Shown here piece after piece: positions 50,268 to 64,000 of a stretch of DNA of 64,000 bases (the stretch's first letter is position 1; each line of letters opens with the position of its first letter). The notes under the pieces were generated by a model. It worked only from the letters and a program-made list of their open reading frames with translations. It did not search any database and was not told where the DNA came from. Position numbers and translations under genes: made by a program. Origin of the DNA: Cenococcum geophilum (Eukaryota); NCBI GenBank assembly GCA_050273025.1, contig CP158635.1:9734001-9798000 (forward strand), read 5' to 3'.

Positions 50268-50860
50268 ATACCTAAGGCTCCTTCTTCTTCTATAGCTTGT
50301 TGGTCTTATACTATTACTGCAATATTATTTTTAGGTAAGATTATATTATCTTTATATTTTTATTATGCAAAAGAAGGGTTAGTTTATATTACGCTGGCAA
50401 GTCCTTTATCTCGGCAACCCTCTTTATATTTAGAGTGTACTAAAGTAAATATTTAATTATCCTATAATATTTGCTTTATTTTTAACGCTAAGTATATATA
50501 TTTTATTACTTTTAATAGTCTTTAAGTTCCCTAAGTAATTTATTATAGGGTTTTAGGTTTAATTTACTATTATAAAGCTTAATAATAAGCTCTTAGTTAC
50601 TTTTACTAAACTTTATTATTCTTATAACGCTAAAAAGGAGGCTGCTAATACTTAGCAACACGCTCTTAATTCTTAGCTTACTACGTCCACTTAATTAATC
50701 CGTCTTAAAAAGGGTTATAAGAAGGTGCGTTTTAAGGAGTAGAAACTTATAGAATAAGGTTTATAGGAATTTGGCGATAAAAGAACGGATTCTCTTCTAA
50801 TAGGGAAGGAAATATCTCCAAATACCTTAGCAGGTGCTCCTCTTAGGTCCCCCTTAGGTG
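50268..50860 (+). pseudogene. Second copy of the gypsy antisense Cys6/coiled-coil accessory gene
   Basis: Colinear with 19787-19200. Retains CGG CAA (RQ) and GAG TGT (EC) where copy 1 is mutated. Confidence 0.55.
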
Positions 50861-51257
50861 GTTTATTCTTTAGTAATTCTTCTTTATTAATACTGCCTAA
50901 CCTTTTCTCTTTTAATACTCCTGTACCTTTCCTATAGCGTTTTTTAAATTTTTTAGTAGCTTCTAGGTAGTCTTGTTATAGCCTATCTACTTTACCTTAT
51001 ACTATATTTTATTATTAATGTCCTTATAACTAATAATCTTTAAAACTTACTATTTATTTTTTTCTTATCCTCTATACGTGTCCGCCTTATAAACCGGTAG
51101 CTTAATATTCCTATATACTAGTTCTAGTATCGCAATATACTATATAGGGTAGATCTTCATTTTGGCTAGTAAGTTTAACTTAAATATAACTAGTGAAATT
51201 CTTTATATAATTTTAAAAGGTCCTAGTTTAACGTAGTTTAACTTCTTACTTAGTTAT

Positions 51258-54200
51258 TGTTGGGAATAAGGCAAATTGCCGCCACGTGAGGTAAGTTGCC
51301 GTTACGTGTCGCCGCGACACTAGCGTGGCGAAGAGCCTTAAGCCCTTCGTCCTTAATTAAGAATAATAACAACTATTATACTACCTACAACCTATAGATA
51401 CGTAATATTACCTTATAAGACCAACACTAATTAGTGGTTAACTTTACTGTTATACTATAGAATAGCTAGGTATTCTACTAAGAAGAGACGAGCTACTGTA
51501 CTAGTGCTACTTGTGCTAAAGGAAGTTGTTTTTTAAAGTTAGAACTAGTCCTAAACCTTAAATAGAACTCTTCTATAAATCTAAGGATTTAAAGGCCAGA
51601 ACTAGTCCTAAGCCTTTCTTAGATTATAGATTTTTGCGTCTATTACATAGAATAACACGCTTTATAAGTCTTTGTAATTTAAGGCTAAAACTAGTCCTAA
51701 GCCCTATAATCGTAAATATATGTTATAAACGCGTACTAAATAATAAACGCGTACTAAATAACGAACGCGTACTAAACAACAATCCCTACCCTAATAATAC
51801 TTCCCTCCCCCTAAAAACATGGCTACGCCTACCTTAAATAACTAGGAAGACTCCTTATTACTAGGGGTAGCTTTATACGCGAAACTTATTAATAAAAATT
51901 AGGATAAATTTACCTTTAATATAACAACTTATACCGTAAAATAAGTTAATAGCTTTCTCCTATATTATATTATATTTTACTAAAGTAAATACTACGCCAA
52001 TTTATAGCTATGGGAATATTTTAGGGAGGATTTTATAGGATAGACCGCTAATACCTAGGCACTTAGCAATATTAATATTGTTTAGGATTTTTAAGACTTT
52101 CTTTATAGGAATAGGGTATATATTGCTAAGAACAGTAACCCAATTACTAGCAATATTTAGGCTATTATTATTAGTATAGAAGAACTAGTATAGACGGAAG
52201 CTAAGATTATACGTTAACTATAAAAACCTAAAACTAACCTATATTCTTTAAAAGGCAACTTTAATTTAGAATAAAACCTTTAGAACGCTACTCTTTTACC
52301 TAGGGGTACTCTCCTACCTAGAGGTGCTTTCTTACCTAAAGGTACTTTTTCTCTATCTTTATTACTTTTAGCTTCTTTACTCTAGCTAACCGGTAAGCCT
52401 TTATCTTAAGAAGTTACAAATCTAATAAAGGTATATTTAAATAAAGAGAAGAAGTTTAGAGGAGAATTATATAATATATTTAGAGTAAAACTATAGGTCT
52501 TTTATAACTGTTATAATAAGGTTAGAATTTAACGCTACTAGTTCTATTACGCTTTCTCTATTATATTAAAGCGACAGGTAGTAACATTCTATTATAACTA
52601 TATTATAGGTAGAAACTATAGCTTTAATATAATACTTTAGCTTACTAAAGCCTACTTTAAGACTAATAAAAATTGCTAACTCTATATGTCTAAATAGCGG
52701 GAGACTATATTTTAGAGAGTTATTACTTTTAACCTAATAAAGACTTGTCTAGAGTATCTTTAATTACTCTTTAATAAACTCCAGAAAATCTAATATAGTT
52801 TTACTAAAACTTACTAAAATAAGAATAGTTTAAGGGACTAGGTTATCTTAGCCTACTATAGCGTTCCTAAGTGTAATTTAGCGCTATATAAACCTATAGA
52901 TATATTTAAAGGAGTATATATTAAACTACGCTCTGCTATAGGTACTATAATATAAATATAAGAATCCTAATAATTTTATACTAAAAACCCTATTTAAACT
53001 AGGATTCTAAACTAATATAATTATAACTAGACTAATTAAATATATAGTGGCCGGAGTTAGGGATATAGTAAAGGGTATAATTAATATTAACTATAAAGTA
53101 ATCGTAGAGGTCCTTATAGAAGTTTATTTTAGAGTAACTATTAAAAAAAGTGCTATATTTATAAGAAGCTAAATTACTAGTTAATTAGGCACTCTCTTAA
53201 TAAGCGAAAGGAGGTATATAATAAGTTTTAATAGAGTATAAGAAATATTAGAAATTATAAGGTTATTATAGCCTACTTCTAAAGCTTTCTAGTTTAATAT
53301 AAAGGCGTAGAAGACTTTAAGGATAAGGTTAATAAGGCTAAATAACTCCTTATAGATATAAAAATTAAGAACTACTCTCCTAACTAATACTTTACTAAGT
53401 ATAGTAAGGTAAATAGTATATAAACCGTTGCTATTCTTAATAACTAATTTACGCTCCATTCTGTTATAAAGTTAGATATCTTTAATAAGCTAAAGGAAAA
53501 TTCTATATTCTCCTTTAATAATAAATACTCAGTAAACATCTTTTATGGTATTATGCTAGATACTAGAGCCGTAGAAGTATCTATAGTAAAAGAACCTTAA
53601 GTTTAAGCTTTTTAGTAGCTTAATAGCTTTATTTAGATTAACTAATTAACGGCAGGCTAATATATAATTCATTTTAGAAAGGGCACTATAATTTCCCTTA
53701 GTATAATTAGGGTCTAAACTCCCTTAGGGTATATTACGTTCTATATTATTCCTATAAATACCCTATTTCTATTCTACATCCGTAATATAGATAAATTAAG
53801 TATTAAGCTCGATAACCTTAAGAATATACTCGTTTAGGGAGATAATTAGGTACCCGTTGTATGCAAGTAGGGTTACCCTTAGTTGCTCCTTTAATAGCTA
53901 AAAAGGAGCGTTGCTTAGAGTTACTTAACCAAGCTAGAGCTACATTAACTACACTATTGTTTTAGCCACCTATCCGTTTATTAATTACTTAGGGTTCTTT
54001 AGTAAGTAGGCTATAAAGTTAAGGTTAAGGTAATTAAGCATCTTATAAAATACTACTATTACTACTAAATAAACTAGAAGTCCCCTAGCCGATTTAAGTT
54101 TACCCTTAAAGATAACTATAACTTTAACTTCTATATTATTGTTAACGTTATATATCTTAGCGGTAAGCTAGTACTTTAAGTTATTAACTTTTTAACCTTC

Positions 54201-57200
54201 TTTTAAGCCGTACGTTTTTTTAAAGAATATATTAGCTAGGAACGCATAAAATACCCTTTAATTATACTAGATTAATGTCTACCTAGGACCCCCTAATTAA
54301 ATCGTCTATAATATAGAAAAGAACTTCTTATCTATAGAGTTTTAATAATAGATAAAGGCAATAGCAATTAGGGTTAAGGAAGTCCCTATTAAGGTATATA
54401 ATAGTATTAGAAAAGTAAAACAATATTATATACTATTACGCCGCGTATATAAGATTATTTCTTTAAAACTAGAGGATACTAGTAAAAAGCTTATCTTATA
54501 AATAGCTATTAAAGCTATTAATAATTCCGCTGGCCTAGATAGACTTATACCTACGTTACTAGTCTTTAGCGCCTACCCTTAAATAACTAATAATTCTCTA
54601 CTATTTCCCTCTATTATATAATAAGCTAAGGCTATTTATAAGGTAACGAAGGAGGTATAACGTCTTTACGCCACATACTAGGTCAACGACGTATTAGGAA
54701 TAAGAAATGGCCTAAATACCTTAATTATACTTAATCTACTACTTTAGTCTAAGGTACGCGTATAGCGTAAAAAGGGAGGATAGTTAGGCCTATATTAACT
54801 TATTACAATTAATAGTTAAACTTGCACTATTTAAATACCTTATAAACCTACTTAATTCCATTTAACTGTTATTAAGCTTTACTATAAAGATAATAGTTTT
54901 AAGCCTTTATAGGATGCCCTAAAGGAGAACCATAATTAATGTACTCTAGAAGGCGACTATAATTCTAATATAATTATAGTAGAGGTTCCGTAACTATAAT
55001 GCGGTAGAGGTCGCCTAAAGGGATTATAAAATTGCTAATATCTTATTAATTTTAAAGAGTAATTTATTGCCGCCATTAAGAATAGAGTTAAGTTATTAAT
55101 AGCCTTTATAACAGCTAAGGAGAAGGCTAACTTTAAGCTCGTAAAACAGCTCTAAAAGAAAGGTTATATTATAACCCCTAGAGTTCCTTTCTAAGCATCT
55201 AATAAGTAGGAGATTAATAGTTTTATTATAAGAGGAGTTTTTAAATTTAAGAAGTATAACCTTACTAAGTTTAATAGAGTTTACATCTTTAAGTTAAGAA
55301 TAGTTAATAAGATTAAGGGCAAAGCTATTAACGCCCTATTTAAGAATTTAAGGCTTATTATTTAAGGCTATAACAATAATAGTAAGGAGGTAATTCTTAT
55401 ATAATCTCCTATAATTTAATAAGCTAGTTAGCGAATTATTATTATACTAGCTCCCTCCTTAATAAAGAACGGAATAGCGGTTTATTTATGAGATATTACT
55501 TAGGCCTATACCTAATTAGAGACGTACCTTTAGCACTTAATACTAGTATACCTTTTAGAGTAAATTCGCTACTAATATCCTAAAGATATAATTATGGTTG
55601 TGCTTAAGCCACTATATAGAATTGTAAAGGTAGGAACTTATTAGTGGGCTACCTATAGTAAGTACTATAAAGAGAAGCTCTTAATAACTACTTCTATATT
55701 TAATTTATACTTCCTTATCGCAACTATGGGAACCCTATTTAGAATTATTGGTATATAAACTAATAATATAATTATCTTAGAAGACGACCAATTCTTAGCT
55801 CTTAAAGAAGATAAGCTAGTAAAGGCAAATCTTATAGTAAAGCTAAAGGAAAAGCTTAATTTAATAATACTATTACTTTTTAATAGATGCATCCTTTCCC
55901 TAAATAAGGATTCTATTACTTTACGCTAGAAGGGCCAAGATAAGAAGATTAACGTTATTAACGCTAATTCTCTAAAGTAAGGATATATGGAGTAACGCGC
56001 TTGCGGAGTATATATTACTTCTATCTATTAACCTAAGGCTTTATTTAATCTCTTTATTACCACCTAATACTAGAAACTAACTAAGGATAACGTTCTTGCC
56101 CTAAATAAACGTCTTTTCTAGTAAATAAACTATCTTAATTAGGGACTACTCTATATACCTATTAATCTTCCTACCGCTAAGCTCTTTATATTTATTAATA
56201 GATCGTTTATAAATAATAAAGATTTTAGCTCTTAGCTAGGATATAATAATAATAATAATTTATTGCTTAACGTCCGATTTGGATCCCTATTGGGCCCACG
56301 CGGACTACTCCTTATTTACATATAGGGAGAAAACTCTATTTAAGAAAAATAAGAAAACCCCGTGATCCATCTCCCCGCCTTTTAGGACTCGCCTACTTAG
56401 CGCCTACAAGTCGCCTATAGTGCTCTACTACCTTACTATTTAACCTCCTTAGGAACCACTGCTGCCGTAACAAGCCTACGGACGCGCTAGTATTACAAAC
56501 TTTTACTCTACTACTATAGAGTTACTAGGGGGCACCTGCTACTTGCCCCCTTGCCTTCTATTACTATTTCCCTTACAACCCAGAACTAATTTAGTATATT
56601 TTAACTAATAAGCCACTAGGTAACCGCCTTAAGGCCTTTTTATATTAAGAGCAGTGTATTATAGTTCTCTATGCTAGCTGCTAAGAGCATTATTTCTTAA
56701 TTAGTGCGTAGGGGGTATAGCAGTATTACGTATTTTGGTGTCTGTTTTAGCTAGCTACATTTATATCTTAGGCTACCTACTAGGATACTTACCTAGTAAA
56801 GCCAATCTTTTAGTCCTATTACCCCTGTTCTTAAGAGTGTTGCTATTATATTTTCTACCTTTATTAGGCCTTCTTAGAGCCCTTAGGTATTTACCCCCTA
56901 TAGCATTAACTATATTATAGCTTAGGTTCATCTTATCTAAGTTAGCCTCTATACCTTTAACTTCTATTTACCTCTCTAGCGTTAGTCCAACCAGTATTAC
57001 ATTATAGTAGATAGTTTCCCAGCGTTCTTATGTATTCTACTTTAGCTCCTTTCTCTATCTTGCTATTATCTTTACTAACCTCTTATACGTCTCCCTTCCT
57101 CCTCTATATGGGCCTAGGCCCTAAAGTAATACTATTCTTCTTCTACTTTCTTTACTTATTTCTCTAATATCTCTTCCCTACTTTAGGGTTGTTGGTTTGT

Positions 57201-59671
57201 TCTCCTATAGGGCACCCTAGGGTCCCTTTATAGTTTACTTAGGCGTGTCTTAATATACTTTATAACATTAGAGTTACGTTTATTTTGCATTTTTTATATT
57301 GTAGCGGCTTTAATATATAACTATAGGGGGGGAATATTAGATTTCTTTTTAAGCAGTGCTGTGGCCGTTCGCTTATACCCGCCTATAATACTCTAGAGGC
57401 AGGCTATTTGGACCTTTTAAAGTAGTTTAAGGAGTAATTTTAGGGGGCCCTTCTTAGTTTCTCTAATGGCCTAAATACTGGATCTATATATTATGGTTAG
57501 CCAGACGACTGCTGTATATAGTAGGCGTAACCTCTAAAAGCATAGACCCTATATAGAATTAACAATCCTAGATAAAGCAATAAACTGTGCTTGGCCTTTA
57601 TAGGCCACTTATGCCGCATATGCGCTCTACTAAAGCTTGCTATCTACCTATACTTCTAGTACCCTTAGGCCCTAAACTGGTTAACCCCTAAAGCCTTAAA
57701 TGCGAATTATATACTAAAGATCTGTAGATTAGTTGCGTTTTCTTATAAAATAGATTAGCTAGTATTTCTCTGGTAAGAATTGGACTCTATAATGTCTTAC
57801 CTATTTTATATAAGTGTTATAGGCTTTCTTTAGTGTTCTGCAATTCTCTGCGGCTGTTAGCCCGTATATAATTAGGTTTATATCATTAATAAAGCCTATC
57901 CCCTAGGTTGCCCCTTTCTTAAAGGAGTTAAGTAGGTTACTTATAAAGAAAAGGAAGAGTATAGGCAAGAGGGGTAATCCTTATAGTATTCCTGTTGTAA
58001 CTGTAATAGGGGGGCTCTAGTATCCGCTAAAGACTAGTAATGTTTCTTTCTGGCCTATAAACCCTTAGATAAATTATATAATCTATTTTAGGAAGCCCTT
58101 TGCCCTAAGGATATATAGGAGACGCTTGTGGGGTATATTGTCGTAGGCACTACTAATATTTAGGCTAAGTATTAATACTATAAAGTCCTTTCGCATCGCT
58201 TATATAGATTTAATAGTGGTAGCGAGTAGCGTAAGTGCTGATAGTATTAAGCGGTTCTTTCTTGCCCCTATTTGGCTTTGTAGTAGTAGGGCGTGTTCCT
58301 CTACTATATCTACTATGTGTTCTGCTATTACCCTTTCTAAGATTTTGCTAAGGGTGTTTTTTAAGGCAATAGGGCGGTAGCTTCCTGGGATTAAGTAATC
58401 TGCTTTGCCTTCTTTTTATAGGATAACCATCGTTATAGATCTTCTAAGTTGCGGGTAGTAGCCTATAGCAAAGTATGCTCTAGCTATATCTATAAGCTAA
58501 GGTGCTATAAGTGGCCTATAGGTTTTTAGGGCCTTATTTAGAATCCTATCTAGTCCTAGTACTATATTGTTTGAAAGGCGGCTAATAGTTCTAGCTATTT
58601 CCTCTATTGTCATGTCGCTGTTGACCCGTAGGCGAGTCACCGGTATTTCGCCCGTGATATCACTGAGGTCTGCTGGAGCCGGTTGGGGATTAGCTAGGAT
58701 ATAAGATTATTATTATAAATAAATCTACTAGAGAGAATAACTTTATAATCTATAGTAATCTTATTTACTAGAGCTTAACTAAAAGTAAGTGTATTACTTA
58801 AAGCGTTCTAGCGTTAAAGATATATAGAATAGTTAGCGGAGTTAATATAGCAATTATAATTAGAACTACCCTTAAGATAATTATAAATTAGCTTAAACTT
58901 CCTATTATCCCTATAATCGTATACACCGACTTATATTCCCTTTATAAGTGTTTAGTTAAGCTTAGTACTATAAAGGAGAAGCGCCTTATAATTAATATTA
59001 TAGTACTTTAACAATCCTATAAGTATTAAGAACTCTTTAAAATCTAATAAATTAATAGCTAAAATAACCTAGTAGATATAATAACGAAGGTAAGCCTAAA
59101 TAAGGCACTAGAGACGTTTATAAATATAAATACTTTACGTATATAAGTTAAAGGTTAGGTTAAGAGGGAAACTTAAAGAAGTTAAGATCTTATAAAACTT
59201 TAACCGCTAGTTAAAGTTATCTAATTAGTTAGATTCTTGCTAAGAGCGCTATACTTAATTAATTTAGGTAGCGGTATAGAGTTCTACCAATGCTATTTAT
59301 TAAGCTAGCTAATTAGGATTTTCTATACCCGGTATAGAAAATCGCTATTAGCTCGCTTACTACTAGCGCCTTAGCGGCTACTTATCTTTGCGTTAACCCC
59401 TAACGCCTTTCCTTTTCTCCTTTTTTTCCTTAGCTTTGTATCTTTATATAATAGTAATCTATAAGTGTATATAAATAGCAACTATAAAAGAAGAGTTATT
59501 AGTGTTGGGAATAAGGCAAATTGCCGCTATGTAAGGCAAGTTGCTGTTACGTATTGCCGCGACACTAGCGTAGCGAAGAGCCTTAAGCCCTTTGTCCTTA
59601 ATTAAGAATAATAACAACTATTATACTACCTATAACCTATAGATACGTAATATCACCTTATAAAACCAATA
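51258..59671 (+). mobile_element. Full-length Ty1/copia retrotransposon nested in gypsy F
   Basis: 169-bp LTRs at 51258-51426 and 59503-59671. TSD GTTAT on both sides. Integrase LHRRFGHPS (~53950) and RT KPLYGI.E.GT.WWATY (~55605) after de-RIP. Confidence 0.95.
56247..58689 (-). mobile_element. 5'-truncated Tad1-like LINE nested in the copia RNaseH region
   Basis: 15-bp TSD TTAGCTAGGATATAA (56232-56246, 58690-58704). (AAT)n tail. RT motifs PGSYRPIAL, GIPQGSPLSPILF and GFVDD after de-RIP. Confidence 0.92.
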
Positions 59672-62600
59672 GTTATTAACTTTTAAAAATTTTATATAGT
59701 AGCTATACTTTATCTCCCTCCTTAAGATCTAGTCCCTTAGATCTCTTAGTATTATAGTACTTTTTTATTCTTTACTATACCACCTTAACTGTTTCCGTAA
59801 AGTATATATAAAGATTTATTAGTATCTCTATTCTTTACTTAGCTATACTACTTATTTTCTTTACCTAGCGTAGTAATAATAATAATATTCTTAGCTCGTA
59901 TCCGTAATTTGCCTTAAATAGTAATATATCTATTCCTTTTTAAGGTGTTATATTATATACGAACTATATAACTAGTAATAATAATACCTAATTATTCTAT
60001 ATATAATTAATATAATGCCTTAGATACTATTCTAGTGTTTAATTTAATCATTTTATCTAATTGTCCGTCTGCAGATAATATGCGGTAGAAGTTACTACTT
60101 AAATTCCTTATTCCGCTAAGAATACCTCCTAAAATACTACTATAAATCTTAGATCTCTATCTAATATAATCTTATTTAGTGCTCTATATCTTATAAACAC
60201 TTCTTTAATATAGATTTTAGCGATATCTTCCGCTAAGATTTCTTCTGTGCATGCTATAAAGTATCCCTACTTTATTAGCTTATCTATTATTACTAAGATT
60301 ACGTTATAATCTTATCTGGTAATAGAATCTTTTAATTTTAGTAACTTTATAATAAAGTTCTATAATATAACCTCCTATAGTCTCTCTAGTATTTTAATAG
60401 GTTATAGCCCTTTATATAGCTTATGTCTTGCTAGTTTATTCCTTTAATAATTTAAATATTCCTTTATAACTTATCTCGCTAGTTCTTAGATTCTATTAAT
60501 AATATACTTCTCTTAAAGTCTTAATACTAAGCCTATAGCTCTATTATATCCTTAAGTTAATCCCTTATAAAATAACTTAATAAATTCTTTTATAATGTTT
60601 CTTAGCATATATATTACTTTTTAATTTTTATATTATTTTAAGTTTAGATCCTTTATTTATATATCTTAAATCTTTTATAACTAATTACTCTTTAGTAACT
60701 TATAGGTCTAACTAGTTTCCTTTATTACTATAATTTTTGGGTAATTATATCTAATTAAACCGTTTATATCTTTTTATAGTAAAGCCCCTAATAGCTTTTT
60801 ATTATTTTATAGTTTAGCCTTTTTACTTAGAGTATTTACTTATGTATTATCTATACCCTTAGTATACTAAATCTTAAAATAGTATTTTATAAGCATCTCT
60901 ATCTATCTAACTTATCTCTAATTAAGTTCTTTTATTATTAGGAACCCTATTAGGTTCTTATAATCTATCTTAACTATAAATAGCTTTTCTATACCTTATA
61001 AGAATACTCTTTATTTCTAAAGTACTATAACTATACCTAATAACTCCTTATTATAGATATTATAGTTTAGTTCTAGTAGTATTATCTTCTAACTATAGTA
61101 TGCTACTAGGTGCCATTTATCCTTATATTTCTATAGAAAGTATACCCCTAGTATAAAGTCTAATACATCCATTTTAACTACTATCTTTAGTTTTAGTTAG
61201 TAGATTTTAAGGACTAGGTCTTAAGTAAATAACTCCTTAACCTCCTTAAATAGTTTCCTTTATTCTTCTCTCTATACCTAAGGTTTTTCTTTCTTTATTA
61301 ACCTTATAAACGGCTTAATATTCTTTAACTATTAAGCTATAAACCTTCTGCAGTAATTACAAAACCCTAAAAATAACCTTAACTATATAAGGTTCTCTAG
61401 TTTTTACTAATTTACTATAGCCTTAATCTTCTTTAAATCTATACTAAGTTAGCCTAGTTTAATAATAAATCTAATAAAATCTATCTTCTTAGTAAAGAAT
61501 TCGCATTTCTTAATTACTACTAGTATTTATTCTTCTTATAGTCTCCTTAAAACCGATTTAATGTATTCTCCGTGTTCTTCCTTACTTATTAAGTAGATAA
61601 TAATATTATTAAGGTATACTATAATAAATTTATCTAAGTATTCTCTTAATATATTATTAATACGCTTTTAGAACGTTACTAGTGCGTTTATAAGCCTAAA
61701 TTATATAACTAATAGCTTATATAGTCCTTCCTTTAACTTAAAGGCTACCTTCTATTTATTACCTTCCTTAATTCTTATCTAATAGTACGCCTATCTTAGA
61801 TCTATCTTTATAAAGATTTATATATTACTAATCCTATCTTAAATCTCGCTAATTAAGGGTAAAAGATACCTATCCTTCCTAGTAATGCTATTTAACTATT
61901 TATAGTTAATATATAGTCTAAATTTCCCATTTTTTTTAATATAAATAGTACTAGATATCCCGCTAATAACTATAATAGTCTAATATATCCCTTTTATAAG
62001 TTTTTCTAGATAAACTCTTTTAGTGCTTTCCCTTCTTCCTTAGTAAGCTTATAGATTAGAAAGAACCTTAGATTTATTCCTAGTTTTAATTCTATCTTAT
62101 AGTCCTATACTGCGTATTTTAATAGCTTTTCACTTTTTAGTGACTATAGCTTTTTGCCGTATTTATAGTATCTCTTTAGTATATAACTTAACCCTTTCTC
62201 GGTTTCCTTATATATTACTTTAACTTAATACTATACTATCTTAGCCTATTACTACATTTTACGGCATTAAGTATCTTTAATATTAACCTAACCTATAATC
62301 TAATTAATCTTTAGATTATATTTCTATAACTAAGGCATTCCTAATACTACCTTATTATTCCCTAATAGTAATATATTAAAAGACATTTTAATTTTTTTTT
62401 TTTTAAAATAGTTATCTAAATAGGTCCTATTTTAAGGTTAATAATACTTTCTCTATAGGCTATTAGATTTCCTAAAATCGTAACTAATAAATAAGGGTGC
62501 TCTTTTTGCCTATATAGTAGCCCTATCCTTTTAATTACTACTAGTAAGATATAGTTCCTTATTACTCTACTATCTACTAATACTTTAAACTGTTAATCTT

Positions 62601-64000
62601 ACTATTTAACTTATAAATTTAAGTATTATCCTTAAATTTCTTTAAGGGTCTAAGGCTTTACTACTAGCTCCCTCTAGTCCTATAGGCCTTTACTTTTCCT
62701 AACTATTAGCTACTAGATCCTTATATATTTAGCTCTTTTTTTAGCTAATATTTTATTTACTTTTTATTCTTAATATACTATAGATATATATTCTCTAGGC
62801 ATTCCCACTACTATTATCCATTTAAGTATTTTTCCGTAAAGAATCTTTTTAGTTAAAGTATTAAGTTTCCTAACTTCTAGACTTCTACTAGATGCCAGCT
62901 ATATATATACTTAGTATTTCTATACTATTACTTATTTAGCGCCTAATATATCCTTATAGGGTATTTTTAATATTTATCCTTTAGTGCTTTATATATATTA
63001 TATATATTATTTATATAAGCTATCTATAATAGGGTATAATATACTAGGTAACCTAGGTTAACTCTTAGCTTATTTTTATTCTTAAGTTTAAACCTTTATT
63101 ATATTAATCTAAACGTTATAACTTTATTTATAGGTACTAAGATATATCTCTTACTTCTTTAGTCCTCTAATTATTCCTTTAGATCCTTTAATATTATAAT
63201 TAAGGCTCCCTTAATATAGTTTATTGCTTTTTCCGTAATTAAGTGGTTTTAAATAACTTTCTCGTCTAACTATATATAGAAATCTTCCTACTTATTACTA
63301 TATTATAATAGCCTTTTATATATTATTTTTTAAATCTAGTTAAAACCCTTAGGTCCTCTTTATTTTCTAGTTTAATAAGCTACTTAACTTTTAGTATGCC
63401 TGCTCTTAACCTATTAGTAATTCTTTATATTAGTGCTCTATCTTATATATAATCTAGTATACTAGCTCTTATATCTAGTCCTTATTTTTACTATATAAAG
63501 ATTCTTACTCTAAACTTATCTATAGTTTCTTAGTATTTATGTTTTATAATTAGATCCTTAAAGTTTTCTTACTTCTTAATTATAGTGTTAACTTTTTAAT
63601 CTTTAGGCTGAACACTTTATTCCCCTAGTAAGTCTTTTAGGTCTATATATTTATCTCCTAGTCTAACTACTATTTATACTATAAATTCTCTAATCTATAG
63701 TAAAGCCGCTTACTTCTTACTTATAAGTGTTTTTATTTATACTTTAAATTCTCAGTCCCTTAGATTTTTTAATCCTAAGCTTACTTCTTCCTTAAGCTAT
63801 ACTCTAGCCTTAGTTTAACTAGGCTTTACTAGTATTCTTATCTTATCTTAAGAGTTTTAAATCTTACTTATTTTATCTTAAGAATTTTATACCTTTAGGA
63901 AACTCCGTCCTAAGCTTATTTATATATTACTAAACTAAGCTATTACTCTGCTTTATTAGTTATTATCTATTATAGGTCCTTAAGCGTACCTTATCTTATT

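Larger units (their letters stand above)
49739..64000 (-). mobile_element. Ty3/gypsy element F (relative of B), running off the window; interrupted by a copia element
   Basis: 3' LTR at 49739-50159 is homologous to the B LTR with a divergent middle. The body is the reverse complement of ~14410-19895 and resumes after 59676. Confidence 0.92.

Overview
This is filamentous-ascomycete (Pezizomycotina-type) genomic DNA. About 80% of it is nested transposable elements destroyed by RIP (TpA excess; paired LTRs differ mostly by C>T/G>A). Elements identified: a Plavaka-type DNA transposon, a foldback MITE, three Ty1/copia copies, six Ty3/gypsy copies or fragments, two 5'-truncated Tad1-like LINEs, a solo LTR, and a MULE carrying a nested hAT MITE. 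A largely un-RIPed island at about 35.1-48.3 kb holds two things. First, a head-to-head pair: an atypical HSPA12-like Hsp70 gene (internal deletion plus frameshift) and an uncharacterised three-exon gene whose C-terminus looks GrpE-like (premature TGA). Second, an intact NLR-type gene (SesA/HeLo-like N-terminus, NB-ARC, TPR). The best leads are the Hsp70-like/GrpE-like divergent pair beside an NLR, and an apparently spliced antisense Zn2Cys6-like gene carried by one gypsy family. All family calls come from reading motifs by eye, often after mentally reversing RIP. No searches were run.
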